Shown: piece by piece, positions 26,260 through 39,058 of the stretch
Layout of the letters: the number at the start of each line of letters is the position of its first letter
How positions within the stretch are numbered: the first letter of the stretch is position 1
Assembly: GCF_006345805.1 (NCBI RefSeq)
Contig: NC_043000.1
Location: forward strand, 159,774,001-159,838,000
DNA from: Octopus sinensis
Lineage: Eukaryota
Reading direction: 5' to 3'
DNA: 64,000 nucleotides
Made by a program: the position numbers and the translations under genes
Notes under the pieces: model-generated
The model's database searches: none
The model's input: the letters and a program-made list of their open reading frames with translations, nothing else
What the model was told of the DNA's origin: nothing

Positions 26260-26612
26260 AAAAAAAAAAGAAAATAAATGTGACTTCATGAGACGAGGTT
26301 ACCGTGGTCTTTTCCGCAGGCTTTTCTTTCCACGGGTAAACCTCACCTGTCCTCCCCTTTACAATTCATATTGACATTTCTGTGATAACGATCCCTATTG
26401 ATCATTTTTTTTTCCTCCCCCCCTTTTTTTTTTTTTTTTTTTTTTAACCCCCCTTATTTTTGTCCTCTTTCTCTCCTTTTACGATCCCTTTTGATCGAAA
26501 CTCCCCCTTCCTTTTTTTTTTTTTTTTTTTTTTTTTAATACCTTCAAAAGAAAAGCTCTACCTTGTAATTTGTTTATTCTGTGTGCAGCCCTGTGTGGCT
26601 AATAAAGAAACA
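26259..26612 (+). mobile_element. Tx1 family, 5'-truncated 3'UTR copy
   Basis: Matches 25370-25719. (TATC)n on both sides. Confidence 0.9.
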
Positions 26613-26697
26613 TATCTATCTATCTATCTATCTGTCTGTCTGTCTGTCTATCTGTCTATCCATCTGTCTGTCTGTCCATTCATCCATCCATTCATCC

Positions 26698-26773
<76 letters not shown>

Positions 26774-26837
26774 GTCTGTCTGTCTGTCTATCTGTCTATC
26801 CATCTGTCTGTCTGTCCATTCATCCATCCATTCATCC

Positions 26838-26929
<92 letters not shown>

Positions 26930-28311
26930 GTCTGTCTATCTAACTATCTATGTGTCGCTCGGTTTTTCTCCCTTTATCTCTCTCTAGACAAATTTCCTTT
27001 CTCTTCCTTTTTGTTCCTCTCTCCATGTGTGTCCTATCTTCGTATTCTCTGTGTGTGTTCGTATGTGTGTGCGTGTGTGTGTTTATGAGTTATATGAATT
27101 AAGCAAAATCAAATCTGATTGATATTAATAAGGATCTTTTAAATATTAACGTTCAGATAGGCGCTCCTAATCTAATTGTATTATTAACAAGGCCGAAATT
27201 TGCATTGAGAGAAAACTTATGCGGTATCTTGACGCTGTTTCACAGAGTCAAGAAATGCACTAATATGAAGAAGCAAGTCTCGAAGCAAATGGATTAATAA
27301 TAAATGAAAGATAACAAAATGATACAAAACTACAAGGACACAGGACTTGAAGCAAAAGTATAAAATCCGTATCATTTTTTTTAGTAATCATCACCATGAT
27401 GGGAATTAATTTGTTTTTGTAGGATTCTGGTATATTCCACTATTCTTTATTTTACGTGTTATCTTATTCTTTTCTCAACGATATTTGTGTCATCTGTTTA
27501 CAGATTGAAGATTTTGCAGTTCTTGAAATGCGATTACGATCACAGTGTTATAATCATTGGTTCTTATTAACCATTTCCTCCTTACATGTCTAGTACTGTC
27601 TTTCGCTCTAATAGTGTCTAATACTTTTGGATGTAACTTCTACATTATTTATTTGATACGGTTTTTTTTCTAGGACACATTCAGAATGGAACAAGCAAAC
27701 CATACGGATGTAGGTTTGATCTAGCGTAGGTTCAAGCCATCTATTAGAAGAGACATAACTTAACAGAATATCTATTATCGATTTGTATCCGTAAACGTAA
27801 GCGCTAATCTGCAAACCAATAAACTCAATATCAATGGCAATCCACGCTATAAGGGAGAAGCACTCACTAACAATGAGAAATAGTTACACAAACGGCCCAT
27901 CGAGGTATAAAAAATGCAGATTTGAGGTGTTTCAAATCATTTCTAAATTTACGACACAGGAATAGTAGGTTACATCACATTATGATGCTGCTAGAAGGTC
28001 CAATCCACTCAAACCCAACACTAAGAGAAAAGCAGTCCGAAGTCTTAAGCAAACATTCATAAAAAAGGATGATATTAAGAAAGCAATATATCTGTAATTA
28101 TAAAAGAAAACCCCAAAACCACGGAACCCTCGAAATGAAACGATAGCGAATTTGGCAAAGTATAAAACGAAAAGACAAACATATCAGAAATAAAAACCTC
28201 ATTCCAAAAGAATTTTCTCAGTCAACTGAAAGATCGCTTTCATAATTTTCTTGGTGGGTGTTTATGCATATTCCTCGTGAGTATACATACATACATACAA
28301 ACATACAAACA

Positions 28312-28345
<34 letters not shown>

Positions 28346-28410
28346 CATACATACATACATACATACATACATAAAAACATACATACATACATACATACAT
28401 ACATACTTAC

Positions 28411-28838
28411 ATCTACGCTGAACTATTGAGGAATCTACAGATACTCTATCCAGGTTATAACTTTTGGTTTATACCTGTAATTATTGGGGCACTGCAAGAT
28501 GTAACACACTGCCTAAATACCAATGTTAAGTTATTAGGTTTCTCAAAACCAGAAAAGAGAAGGATGATTCGAAGACTATTGATCCAAGCCATCAGTGGAA
28601 CGTTACAAATCTGTAGAACTTTCCAGAAGTTTATCATTGAAGTATTCAATAGCATGCTGTCTAGACATGCAGCTATATTCATGGGAATACATACATAAAG
28701 CAAAACATGCAAATCTGCATATATACATACAGAAATACACTATTGTTGATGTTGAAATTCCAATGAAGGAGCCTTGGATCTTGGTTAGAATCTGTTTCTC
28801 TCTCTATTGACAAGAAATCTCGAAATAAAACTGAATAA
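28411..28838 (+). mobile_element. 5'-truncated RLE LINE (TACA-associated family), 3' end
   Basis: YAELLRNLQILYPGYNFWFIPVIIGAL...QAISGTLQICRTFQKF. 3'UTR ends aataaaactgaataa. (TACA)n on both sides. Homologous to 52704-53260 (-). Confidence 0.85.
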
Positions 28839-28909
28839 TGACATACATACAGACATACATACATACATACATGCATACATGCATGCATGTATACATATAT
28901 ACATACATA

Positions 28910-29080
28910 CAGGCAATAGATTTTCATTTGTACGAATTAGATGTGCACTGGGCCTCACAAGAAATTTGCATAAAAACCAAGAAATATTGGGAATCTCCAA
29001 GAAAGTGCACAGCACACTGATTCGCATCCTTCAAACACAATCGATCAGGGATACAGTGAAAATTTGTCAAACATCTTAAG
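28910..29080 (+). mobile_element. Diverged RLE LINE C-terminal fragment
   Basis: CALGLTRNLHKNQEILGISKK..LIRILQTQSIRDTVKICQTS*, parallel to the C-terminus at 28.5-28.6 kb. Confidence 0.6.
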
Positions 29081-29364
29081 TATTGTCCATTTCGGTTTCT
29101 TGGATTGATTACATGCACATGATTATAAGCAGAGATGAACTAGACACACGGATGGATACTCAATGCAAACCGTTTGATTAAACGGCATGGACGAAAGTTT
29201 GATAACACTCATATATACAAACATACATGTAAGCAATTCACTCATCAGCAAACTGCATAAGTTGTCTTGATGTAAGCAAATGAGCCTTGTCACTTTATTA
29301 GGAATGAGCTATAAGTTCTGCACAGAACATTTAATTAGAACCCCACAAAACAATAGATATAGGT

Positions 29365-29763
29365 ACAGGGTATTCGGTATAAATTTGGCAATTAATTCGT
29401 GTCTCTCTTGTTCAGGAACAACTTGATGTTTATCTGGACAGTCAACGGCGTTTTAAAATTGTAACTGAGAAAAAGTTAATTGACATGGAAGACTTGAAGC
29501 CATCTGAATACTGGAACAGAGTTACTTTACCACGATGATTCGTGCCGACAATCAAAATACCGGCATCATGACAGCTGCTCAATGATCTGTGAACGCTGCA
29601 GAAGTTATAAGATGTGAACATGAACAGCTGCAAGGGGAAGTACGAAGCTGTAGCCAGCAGGAAGGGACACATCAGGCGTTCAGACTACGTCCGTACCCTG
29701 GATTTCACCCGACAACTGTAGAACAGATCCAACAAGTGAGAGAGAGAGAGAGAGAGAGAGAAG

Positions 29764-29830
<67 letters not shown>

Positions 29831-30400
29831 GTATTGTAGACGACACCATGAAGGGGACCTTTGCTACCACTACAAGAGGTGCAATGAATAAATTCTGAAA
29901 GCCAAGGCCAAGGAGAACTGCTTCATGAAGGTAGAGAAGCTCTTGAACAAGCTGAGGGACACTGTTGAATCAAGGATAATGTGGTTGTAAAGAGCATCTG
30001 TCGGGACCATTTGGACAACACATAGAACAGATGGTTTGCCTACAAACAGTGTGATGACCCACGTATGAAAACCAACTTCTCTCAAACTGTGATGATCTTT
30101 GGGTATGTCTCCTGCGAAGGTGACGTCATATCAATCCATACTTTTGAACACGGCCTTATGTTGTTCAAAGACACGAGAAACTGCCAACCAAGTGTTTAAC
30201 GGAAAATTTCTATTTCTTCGCCAGCCCGAGTTTCTGGCTTCCTAATTCCTTCCGAATGTAACCCCATGGATTTCTATGCTTGGGGTGAAGTTATGAACGA
30301 CACCACCCATCCATAATCTAGTTGATATCTTTTCTTCCCTTTTTAAATAATTTTCATTTTGGATGAGTTACTGAGTCATATTTGGCCCGCACACTCTGGG
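29365..30400 (+). mobile_element. Decayed Tc1/mariner DD37D (maT-like) transposon with internal (GA)n expansion
   Basis: KLLNKLRD, MKTNFSQTVMIFGYVSCEGDVIS.HTFEHG, PEFW(L)PNS..CNPMDFYAWG motifs. (GA)n at ~29738-29827. Confidence 0.75.
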
Positions 30401-30677
30401 CCTATCATACATACATACATACATACATACATACATACATACATGTCTGTGTGTGTATATATGGGTATCTATGTATGGATTGATGGATGGATGCTTGCAT
30501 GTACATGTGTGTGTGTATGTATATATGCTAGCGAGTGTCTGTATATGCATGTATATTCATGTATAAGTATGTACATTTATATATATGTGAGTGTGTGTGC
30601 GTATTTATATATGTCTGTATGTGTGTGTATGTATATGTATATATGTGTGTGTGAATGCCTGTCTATCTATCTGTCTG

Positions 30678-30746
<69 letters not shown>

Positions 30747-30788
30747 TCTATCTATCTATCTATCTGTCTATCTATCTATCTATCTATC

Positions 30789-30862
<74 letters not shown>

Positions 30863-31373
30863 CTGGTCAATCTCTCATCAACTTCTTCAAGTATCACTTG
30901 AAGAGGAAAGTGAGAGTAGAGAGGCAAGTTTTGTCTAGTGAATGTTTTAAAAAAAAGATGGGTGAATGTAGCAAGGATGGCACGTATGAATGACTATGAT
31001 TCTATGAACCATAAAAATTAATACAGAGTTACTTATTTGCAAAAAAAAAAAAACAGAAATATAACATGTGACTTCATTGACCGAGGTTACCGTGGTCTTT
31101 TCCGTAGGCTTTTCTTTCCACGGGTAAACCTCACCTGTCCTCCCCTTTACACTTCATATTGACATTTCTGTGATAACGATCCCTATTATTCATTTTTTTT
31201 TCTCTCCCCACCCCTTTTTTTTAAACCCCTCCCTTTATTTGTCCTTTTTCTTTCCTTTTACGATCCCTTTTGATCGAAAACCACCACTCTCTTTTTTTTT
31301 ACCCCCAAAAGAAAAGCTCTACCTTGTAATTTGTTCTATCTGTGTGCAGCCCTGTGTGGCTAATAAAGAAACA

Positions 31374-31374
<1 letters not shown>
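30863..31374 (+). mobile_element. Tx1 family, 5'-truncated, somewhat diverged copy
   Basis: Matches 25178-25719. (TATC)n on both sides. Confidence 0.9.
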
Positions 31375-31434
<60 letters not shown>

Positions 31435-31435
<1 letters not shown>

Positions 31436-34400
31436 AATGCCTCAGAGACCTGCTCAGACGCTTTCAACTGTCTGACAGGTTCCGACTAGACCACCCGAAT
31501 GCGCCAACGTTGACATGGAGCAACCGCATCGGGTCGTCGAGATCGTATCTAGATAGGATATTGTGTAGGACAGTAGACAGAGATAGCATAGGATGTCCAC
31601 AATTCCACATAGTCAGCTACACGGATCACAAACTTGTGACATGTACGCTAGACTTAGGTAAGACACTTAGGCAGGGTCCCGGATACTGGAAACTAAAGGC
31701 GTCTTTCCCATCGAGACAGGTTTTCAGAGACCGGATTAGCACACTAGTAAAGAGGGCTTTGACGGGAGCCATCATCAACAACAAATGGTGGTTTGCCCTC
31801 AGAGAGAGCAGTAAAAGCAGAAGCGATTAGGTACAGCAAAGCACTAGCCATAGATAGAAAATAGAGTAGAGGGTGAGCTAGTTAAGAAGCTAGAAGAGGC
31901 AATTAGAAGCGGCATCGCATCCGACGTTTTGGCGGCGGAGGTTGGCCCTCGACCAACACTTCAACGCCAAACACGAAGGATGTGATGTCAGAGCTAGGAT
32001 GCGTGCTCTAAGGAACGAAGGTGTTGGAGCCGCGAGAGAGGCCCGGGTGGCAGAGGCGCAACAGGGCAACAAAGCCACCATTCGGTCATGGTAGATGAAC
32101 AGGGGCGCGAATTGCTCGAGCCAAGTAAAATGTGTGAGCCTTTCAGCAGCATTTTGCCCGACTGTTCGGAACGAGTGGAGGGCAAGAACGTAGGGTGGAC
32201 TTCAGTGCCTACCTACATAGCCTACCACGACTCTCGACAAGAAAGGCAGGGTGCTGCGAAGGTGCCATCACGGCGGCGGAAGTGCAGGAAGCGATGGCAG
32301 AATGCTCGGGGGACAAATCACTGGGTTTTGGATGGTCTACCCTACGAACTTACAATTGTATGCCAGACTTGTTGGAGATCTCTTGGCGGCGGTGTACTGC
32401 AACTGGCAGCAAAACGGGACCATTCCTGGTTTTGTGAGCCGAGGAGCCGTAACACTGCTGAAGAAAGATCTAACAGGGGAAATGTAGAGATAACTTAGGC
32501 CATCACTCTGCTTAATGCAGACTTGAAAATTTTGGCCAAGGTGCTAGCCAAGAGGTTGGCGCTTGTCATCGAGAAACTGGTCGACAGGGCGCAAACATGC
32601 GCCGTGCCAGGCCGGACCATCCATGACAACCTCCACCTGATGCGCACATCATAGACAGGGTAGTTAACGAACCTGGCATGGGTGGGGCGCTGATCAATTT
32701 GGATCAATCGAAAGCTTCGATAGGGTGGACATCGATACTTGGAGGCGGTCCTCGGAGCGGCTGGCTTCGGTCCCGTCTTCCGCGGCTGGATAGCCGCTTT
32801 GTACAGAGGCATCCGTTCGGTAATTCGCGTGAATGGACATCTATCGAGACCCTTCGACATCGCACGTTCGGGCCGTCAGGGATGTTCCCTCTCGTCGCTT
32901 CTATACGTATTGACTCTCGAGCCATTATTGCGGAAGCTGGCAACCTTGAGAGGCATCCGCGAGAACTGGGATGCGGGACGAGCGTGTCTGCATACGCGGA
33001 CGACGTCACCGTCATAGTGTCTAGCCACGAGCACATCGAGCAGGTCGGCGAGACACTGAAAAACTACGAAGCGGTGACAGGAGCGAAAATCAACCGGGAA
33101 AAGTCAGTGGGCTTGCGACTAGCACCTGGAGAAGCAAGCCCATGCCGTCCACCAGCGCCTCCGTCGTGGGACGCTGGACCGACGCCCGGTTGAGTTGCTC
33201 GGGGTCTGGTTTGGTCCGGACCTCCAAGTGGAGAAGAACTGGAACGAGATAACGAGTAGGGTGGTCACTCTCGCCCGGCAATGGGCCGAGAGGAAACTGT
33301 CCCTAAAAGGTCGGGCGGAGGTGGCGAACACGTACATCGCGTCCGTCATCTACTACCGCCTGACCGTCGTACCTTGTCCCGACCCTACCATCACCAAACT
33401 ACAAAGCATTCTCTTTCGCTTCTTGTGGAAAGGATGCGTCCTGATGGTCAGGCGATCCATTTGCTGTCAACACCCGTTAAAAGGAGGGCTGGGCATGCCG
33501 TGGTTGATGATGCGCAGACACGCGCTGAGACTGCGACATCTCTGGCTCTATGTAGACGACGGTGAACAGGTGTGGTCGCCGTTTGTGAGGCACGCTTTGC
33601 CGCAGCTCGTCTCCATGACCGAACTGCAGTCGTGGATCAAAAAGAGGCGAAGAGGGCGAATGGCACCGCGAGTGTCGCGTTGCTCTCAAGCAACTCTGCC
33701 GTCCTGGGTCGACCTTGAGTGACTTCAACACAACCAAAGCATTCTATAGGGGTTTAGTGGATGGGAGGTACGACGACGAGCTCGGGGCGAACCTGGACGT
33801 CGACGAGGAGTACCTGACTCGCCTGTTCAGGACGACTTTCGGCCAGGGCCCATGGACAACTTCCAGAGATCCCTGGCCTGGCAGTGCTACCGAGAAGCGC
33901 TACCCGTTCGGGATAAGCTCTACAGACACGGCTCGAGAAACACGGGGCCGACCTGCCCGAGATGCGGTCAGAGCGACGAAACCGTTCTGCACGAACTCGT
34001 GCAGTGTCCAACAATTTCCGACCTGTGGGCTTATGTCGAACAACTGCTGTCACGTGTGGGACGAGTCGGTTTATCAGCTGAGTCTATCGTCAATATTGTC
34101 ACGCCCCCTCCTTCAAACGGGAAGGAAGAGCTATTTTCATCATCCTGTGGCTATGGCGAAAGAATGTATCTGGTGGACGCGTCTGAAAGGATTGGAGACA
34201 AACACTTTCCTCTCTGGTCAATCTCTCATCAACTTCTTCAAGTACCACTTGAAAAGGAAAATGAGAGTAGAGAGGCCAAGTTTTGTCTAGCGAATGTTTT
34301 AAAAAAAGATGGGTGAATGTAGCAAGAATGGCACGTATGAATGACGAAGCCACCTTGAGCATGATCCTATGAACCCAGAAATTGAAAACAGAGAGTTGCT

Positions 34401-34752
34401 TATTCGCAAAAAAAAAAAAAAGAAATATAACATGTGACTCCATTGACCGAGGTTACCGTGGTCTTTTCCGTAGGCTTTTCTTTTCACGGGTAAACCTCAC
34501 CTGTCCTCCCCTTTACACTTCATATTGACATTTCTGTGATAACGATCCCTATTGATTTATTTATTTATTTTTTTTTTCCTCTCCCCCTTTTTTTTAAGCC
34601 CCCTTTTTTTGTCCTCTTTCTCTCCTTTTACGATCCCTTTTGATCGAAACTCCCCCTTCCTTTTTTTTTTTTTTTTTTAAACCTTCAAAAGAAAAGCTCT
34701 ACCTTGTAATTTGTTCTATCTGTGTGCAGCCCTGTGTGGCTAATAAAGAAAC
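31435..34752 (+). mobile_element. Tx1 family, 5'-truncated 3.3 kb copy (most of ORF2 + 3'UTR)
   Basis: Starts aaatgcctcagagacc (= 22382 of copy 1) immediately after (TATC)n and ends ggctaataaagaaaca(tatc)n. Confidence 0.93.
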
Positions 34753-35074
34753 ATATCTATCTATCTAACTATCTATCTATGTCTTGATCGTGTTATTGAG
34801 TATATGCATACTATTAGCTTCTAAGCGTGTTTCAGAGCCAATGGTAGTGGATTTTGAGCGTAACGATCAAGGAGACACATGTATGTAAAGAAGATATATC
34901 TTTCTGAACACCTGGGAAGGGTTTTGGTGGAATAAATCATGTTTACAAGTTAGGTGTATTGTTATACAGAATACGGGCTTCGTGTCACCGCTATACTGTG
35001 ATTTACAATCGCATTCTGCCTGTCTGTTGGCCAGTCAGTCCGCCTGTCTACATACCTGCCTACATACCAGCCTT

Positions 35075-35129
<55 letters not shown>

Positions 35130-35296
35130 ATTTCTACCAGTCTGTCTGTCTGTTTATTTATATATCTATTTTGTATGGGTCTTTGCATCTGTCAATAAAT
35201 CAGTCTGTATATCTGTCTATCTGTTCATCTCTCTCTCTATATATGAATCAATGTACTTATGCTTGAATCTATGCTTTCACACACTCTCACACACAC

Positions 35297-35331
<35 letters not shown>

Positions 35332-36339
35332 GTGTGTGTGCGTATTTATATATATATGCATATATATGTATGTATGTATGTATGTATGCATGTATGTATA
35401 TATATATATTACACAACTAAGCACACATTTTATAAGAAGTTCATAATTTTAGTAAGGATCAATAGCTGCTTCATTAACATATACGGCATTTAACGTATAA
35501 TTAGTATAATTACATAATTGTGAAACTTAATTCAATTTCATTAAATTTTATAAGTCGAATTAAATGAATTAATGACAAATTAATGTGGAAACAGTGTTTT
35601 CCAAAATCATCAGGAAAGTTTGAAATTTTCTTATATTGATAAAAATCTCGTAATTTTCGACGACACGAGTATGCTGATATAAATTTAAGTAAAATTAATT
35701 TAAAAGCAGCTTTTAATCCAAAGAAGAGAAACACTACAAAAGATATCGGTAAACATCGTTTTTATAGAATCTTGACGTAGACTTATTCAGTTTTAAAATT
35801 AACTGTTATTTTGTATCACAGATATACATCATAATTGTAAATATACATTATAATTGTGTAAAGGTAAGTATACATACCTTTCAATACATGCGCCAATACT
35901 TAACATTAATAAAACTGCGGAAATGTTTGACGACATGAATATGTTAGCATGCATATCTTGCCTCTATAATACTGCGAATGCTTATGAAGTATTGGTATTT
36001 CAATCAGAAAAAATGCGCCCGATAGTACCTTTTTATATACATATATACACAGACGCATTTGCAGCCGCGTATTCTATATTTATTGTCCTTAATTATAATA
36101 CTCCACTTTAACTGGGGCTTATCACCCCTTCTTAAGGCTCCATACCGTGGTGGATAAGGATGTTGTAAGGCTTTTAACCTTGTTTCTGAACGAAACCAAA
36201 TGGTGTATGTAAATTTTCTGGTAAGTGTCATCCTTCAGTCCAGTGTAAGGTTTTGTAAATATATTTGTATGTCTATATGAATAGATGTGAAAGCTTGCAG
36301 CTTAATGGTTTGGGTATTCGGTTCACGAAGTTACTTTTT

Positions 36340-37415
36340 TCATCTGCTCAACTGATAGATCAAAAACTCGTTTTGTTTATGAAGATGAGTTCAGTCGTGG
36401 AACCAGTGCATCCCAGACAGCTCGAAACATCAATGAGGTGTGGTGAATGAGTGCGCAGTAAGTCGACTCTTTGAGAAGTTCCGGTCTGGTGAGTTTACTC
36501 TTGAAATCAGCCCCGCAGTAGGCCTGAGACCAAAGTGGATAATGGTGAGCTGAAAACTGTAGTTGAGGCGGATACATCTCAAACCACACGTGAATTAACA
36601 GCAAGGTTCAATGTTTCGCTTCCAACTGTATTGGACCATTTGAAACAAATCGGGAAGGTAAAGAAGCTGGACAAGTGGGTACCATACGAACTGAACGAGC
36701 ATGAGATGACACGTCATCTTTCAGCTTGCTGTTGTTTGCTGTCACAGCATAAAAGCGAACGAATTTTGCATCGTATTCTTACGTGTGATGAAAAATAGAT
36801 TCTTTTCAACAATAGCAAGCGTTGTGTACAGTGGTTGGATATGGACGAAGGGTCAAAACACAATCCCAAAAAGAATATTCACCAAAAAAAGTTAATGGCG
36901 TCTGTTTGGTGGTCCAGAGCTGGTGTCCTACCCTACTTCATGAGACCCGGTAAGTCAATTACAGCGGTTGTATACATCAACCAACTGGATGAAATGATGA
37001 GTGAACTTGCAATTAAACAAACGTGATTGGTCAACAGAGACAGGCCAATTCTCTTGCAAGTCACAGTTCGACCACATGTTGCACAAAGAATGCTACTTAA
37101 GTTACAGGAAGTAAACTTGGAAGTACTCTGTCATCCATCATATTCACCAGACCTTGCACCAACAGACTATCACGTTTTCAAGGAATTAGACAACTTTTGC
37201 AGTGAAAAAGAAAAAAAAAAACTCCAAATCTGAAGAAGGTGGAAAAACAAATTTTTCGTGATTTCCTCACCTTTTGCTCTTCAGAATTCTTCGCTGCCGG
37301 CATAAATAAGCTACCGATAAAATGGCAAAATTGTGTTGATAATTGCTTTTTGTTGAGATAAAGTAAAATATACTTTCAGTTCAAAGTCGGATGTTTCATT
37401 CATAATCACCTGATA
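36340..37415 (+). mobile_element. Decayed mariner, Hsmar1/SETMAR-like
   Basis: EKFRSGEFTL, KKLDKWVPYELNE, ILTCDEK, KKLMASVWW, HPSYSPDLAPTDYHVF. TIR-like end cataatcacctgata. Confidence 0.9.
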
Positions 37416-37779
37416 TTATATATATATATATATCCGTAATGATTTTAGATTTGGGTGTGTTTACACCGTGTGGTGTACGCTTAAAGCCCGTTCACAGCGT
37501 GGATGTAAATGCTACTGGATTTACTCCAAGAATTCCTCCGTATCCGTAGTGTTTACGAGAAAAAGGAAATGGAATTTTCGCGCTATCGAGCAGTAATGCG
37601 TCACTCGGGAACAACAAACAAAAACTAAATAAAAAAAAAACAATTTATCAACAAATATAACCCACAATTAAATATAGACCCAACCACTACCAAGAAATAA
37701 ATAAAACGGATATTTAAAAAAAAAATTATATATACTATTGATTTGGAAAATACTTCCCACCAATCCTTAAATCTTTCTT

Positions 37780-38280
37780 CCAATATATATATATATATAT
37801 ATGTATGTCTGCACACAAATACCCACAAAAACGCACACACATACACACAAAAGATAACATCGCAGTTTAAACCCATACACACCAAAAATAAGGAAAATCT
37901 TCCTTTCTTAACAAGACATTCATCACAACCTACAAACACATTAACACGTATATGGTTACATTCTAAACATATTGAAAGGTCAGTCAACGCAATAAACACG
38001 CACACACGAACACACACACGCGGAGCTAGACATAAAACCCATTTAAAAAATACTATTAAGCCACTCCCCCGGCAGTAACCCACAGAGAACTTTTTAGACA
38101 ATACTTCTTTCTAGCACCTTGAACTCTATACTAAACTATATTTAAAGTCTTCAACGAAAAAACTCCAGACATGTTTTGACCACCAAACAGAAGACAAGCT
38201 GTTTTAACTACAGATTTTTCTAAATTTTTATTAATATTTGATAAGATGAGATTCATCATCGAAACCAGTAATATTTTATA
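37780..38280 (+). mobile_element. Decayed Penelope-like element 3' part (GIY-YIG-like remnant) ending in a hammerhead motif
   Basis: TYTQKITSQFKP..TLTRIWLH is weakly similar to PLE GIY-YIG. Hammerhead fold at 38233-38275. Confidence 0.45.
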
Positions 38281-38463
38281 CTTTCTTTATATAATTTTAA
38301 AATCATTTTATTAATTATTTTCTCAATTGAAATGTCTTAGATTTACTCCTGAGTTGTCTCTATCTTCATCTTTTATATATAAAAATTTGATTTGTATAGA
38401 TCTTTAACCTTTCTTCAACTACACACACACACACAACACACACACACATATCTATATATGTAT

Positions 38464-38496
<33 letters not shown>

Positions 38497-38503
38497 TATA
38501 TAT

Positions 38504-38537
<34 letters not shown>

Positions 38538-38622
38538 ATATATGTATGTATATATACACATATATATACTTATATATGTGTGTGTGTATGTATGACTGTA
38601 TACGCTCTTTTTCTCTTTTAAT

Positions 38623-38813
38623 ATTTTACTTGTTTCAGTCATTTGACTGTGGCCATGCAGGAGCACTGCCTTTAATCGAGCAAATCGACCCCAGGACTTA
38701 TTCTTTGTAAACCTAGTACTTACTCTATCAGTCTCTTTTGTCGAACCGCTAAGTTACGGGGACGTAAATACACCAGCATCGGTTGTTAAGCGATGCTGGG
38801 GGACAAACACAGA

Positions 38814-38885
<72 letters not shown>

Positions 38886-39058
38886 AATATACATATATAC
38901 GACGGGTTTCTTTCAGTTTCCGTCTACCAAATCCACTCACAAGTCTTTGGTCGGCCCGAGGCTACAGTAGAAGACACTTGCCCAAGGAGCCACGCAGTGG
39001 GACTGAACCCGAAACCATGTGGTTGGTAAGCAAGCTACTTACCACACAGCCACTCCTA
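38623..39058 (-). mobile_element. SINE family A with (CA)n-expanded linker
   Basis: Reverse complement of 10236-10650. Confidence 0.9.

Noticed and set aside
19570-26840. CRISPR-like repeat-spacer array
   Set aside because: Units are microsatellite blocks separated by LINE fragments in a eukaryotic context. There are no unique spacers of constant length and no cas genes.
27660-27710. Possible small exon (ttttttttctag|GACACATTC...)
   Set aside because: Weak donor, and no recognisable peptide in any frame.
36137-36220. 84-nt segment with good acceptor and gtaagt donor
   Set aside because: Stop codons in all three frames, so not a coding exon.
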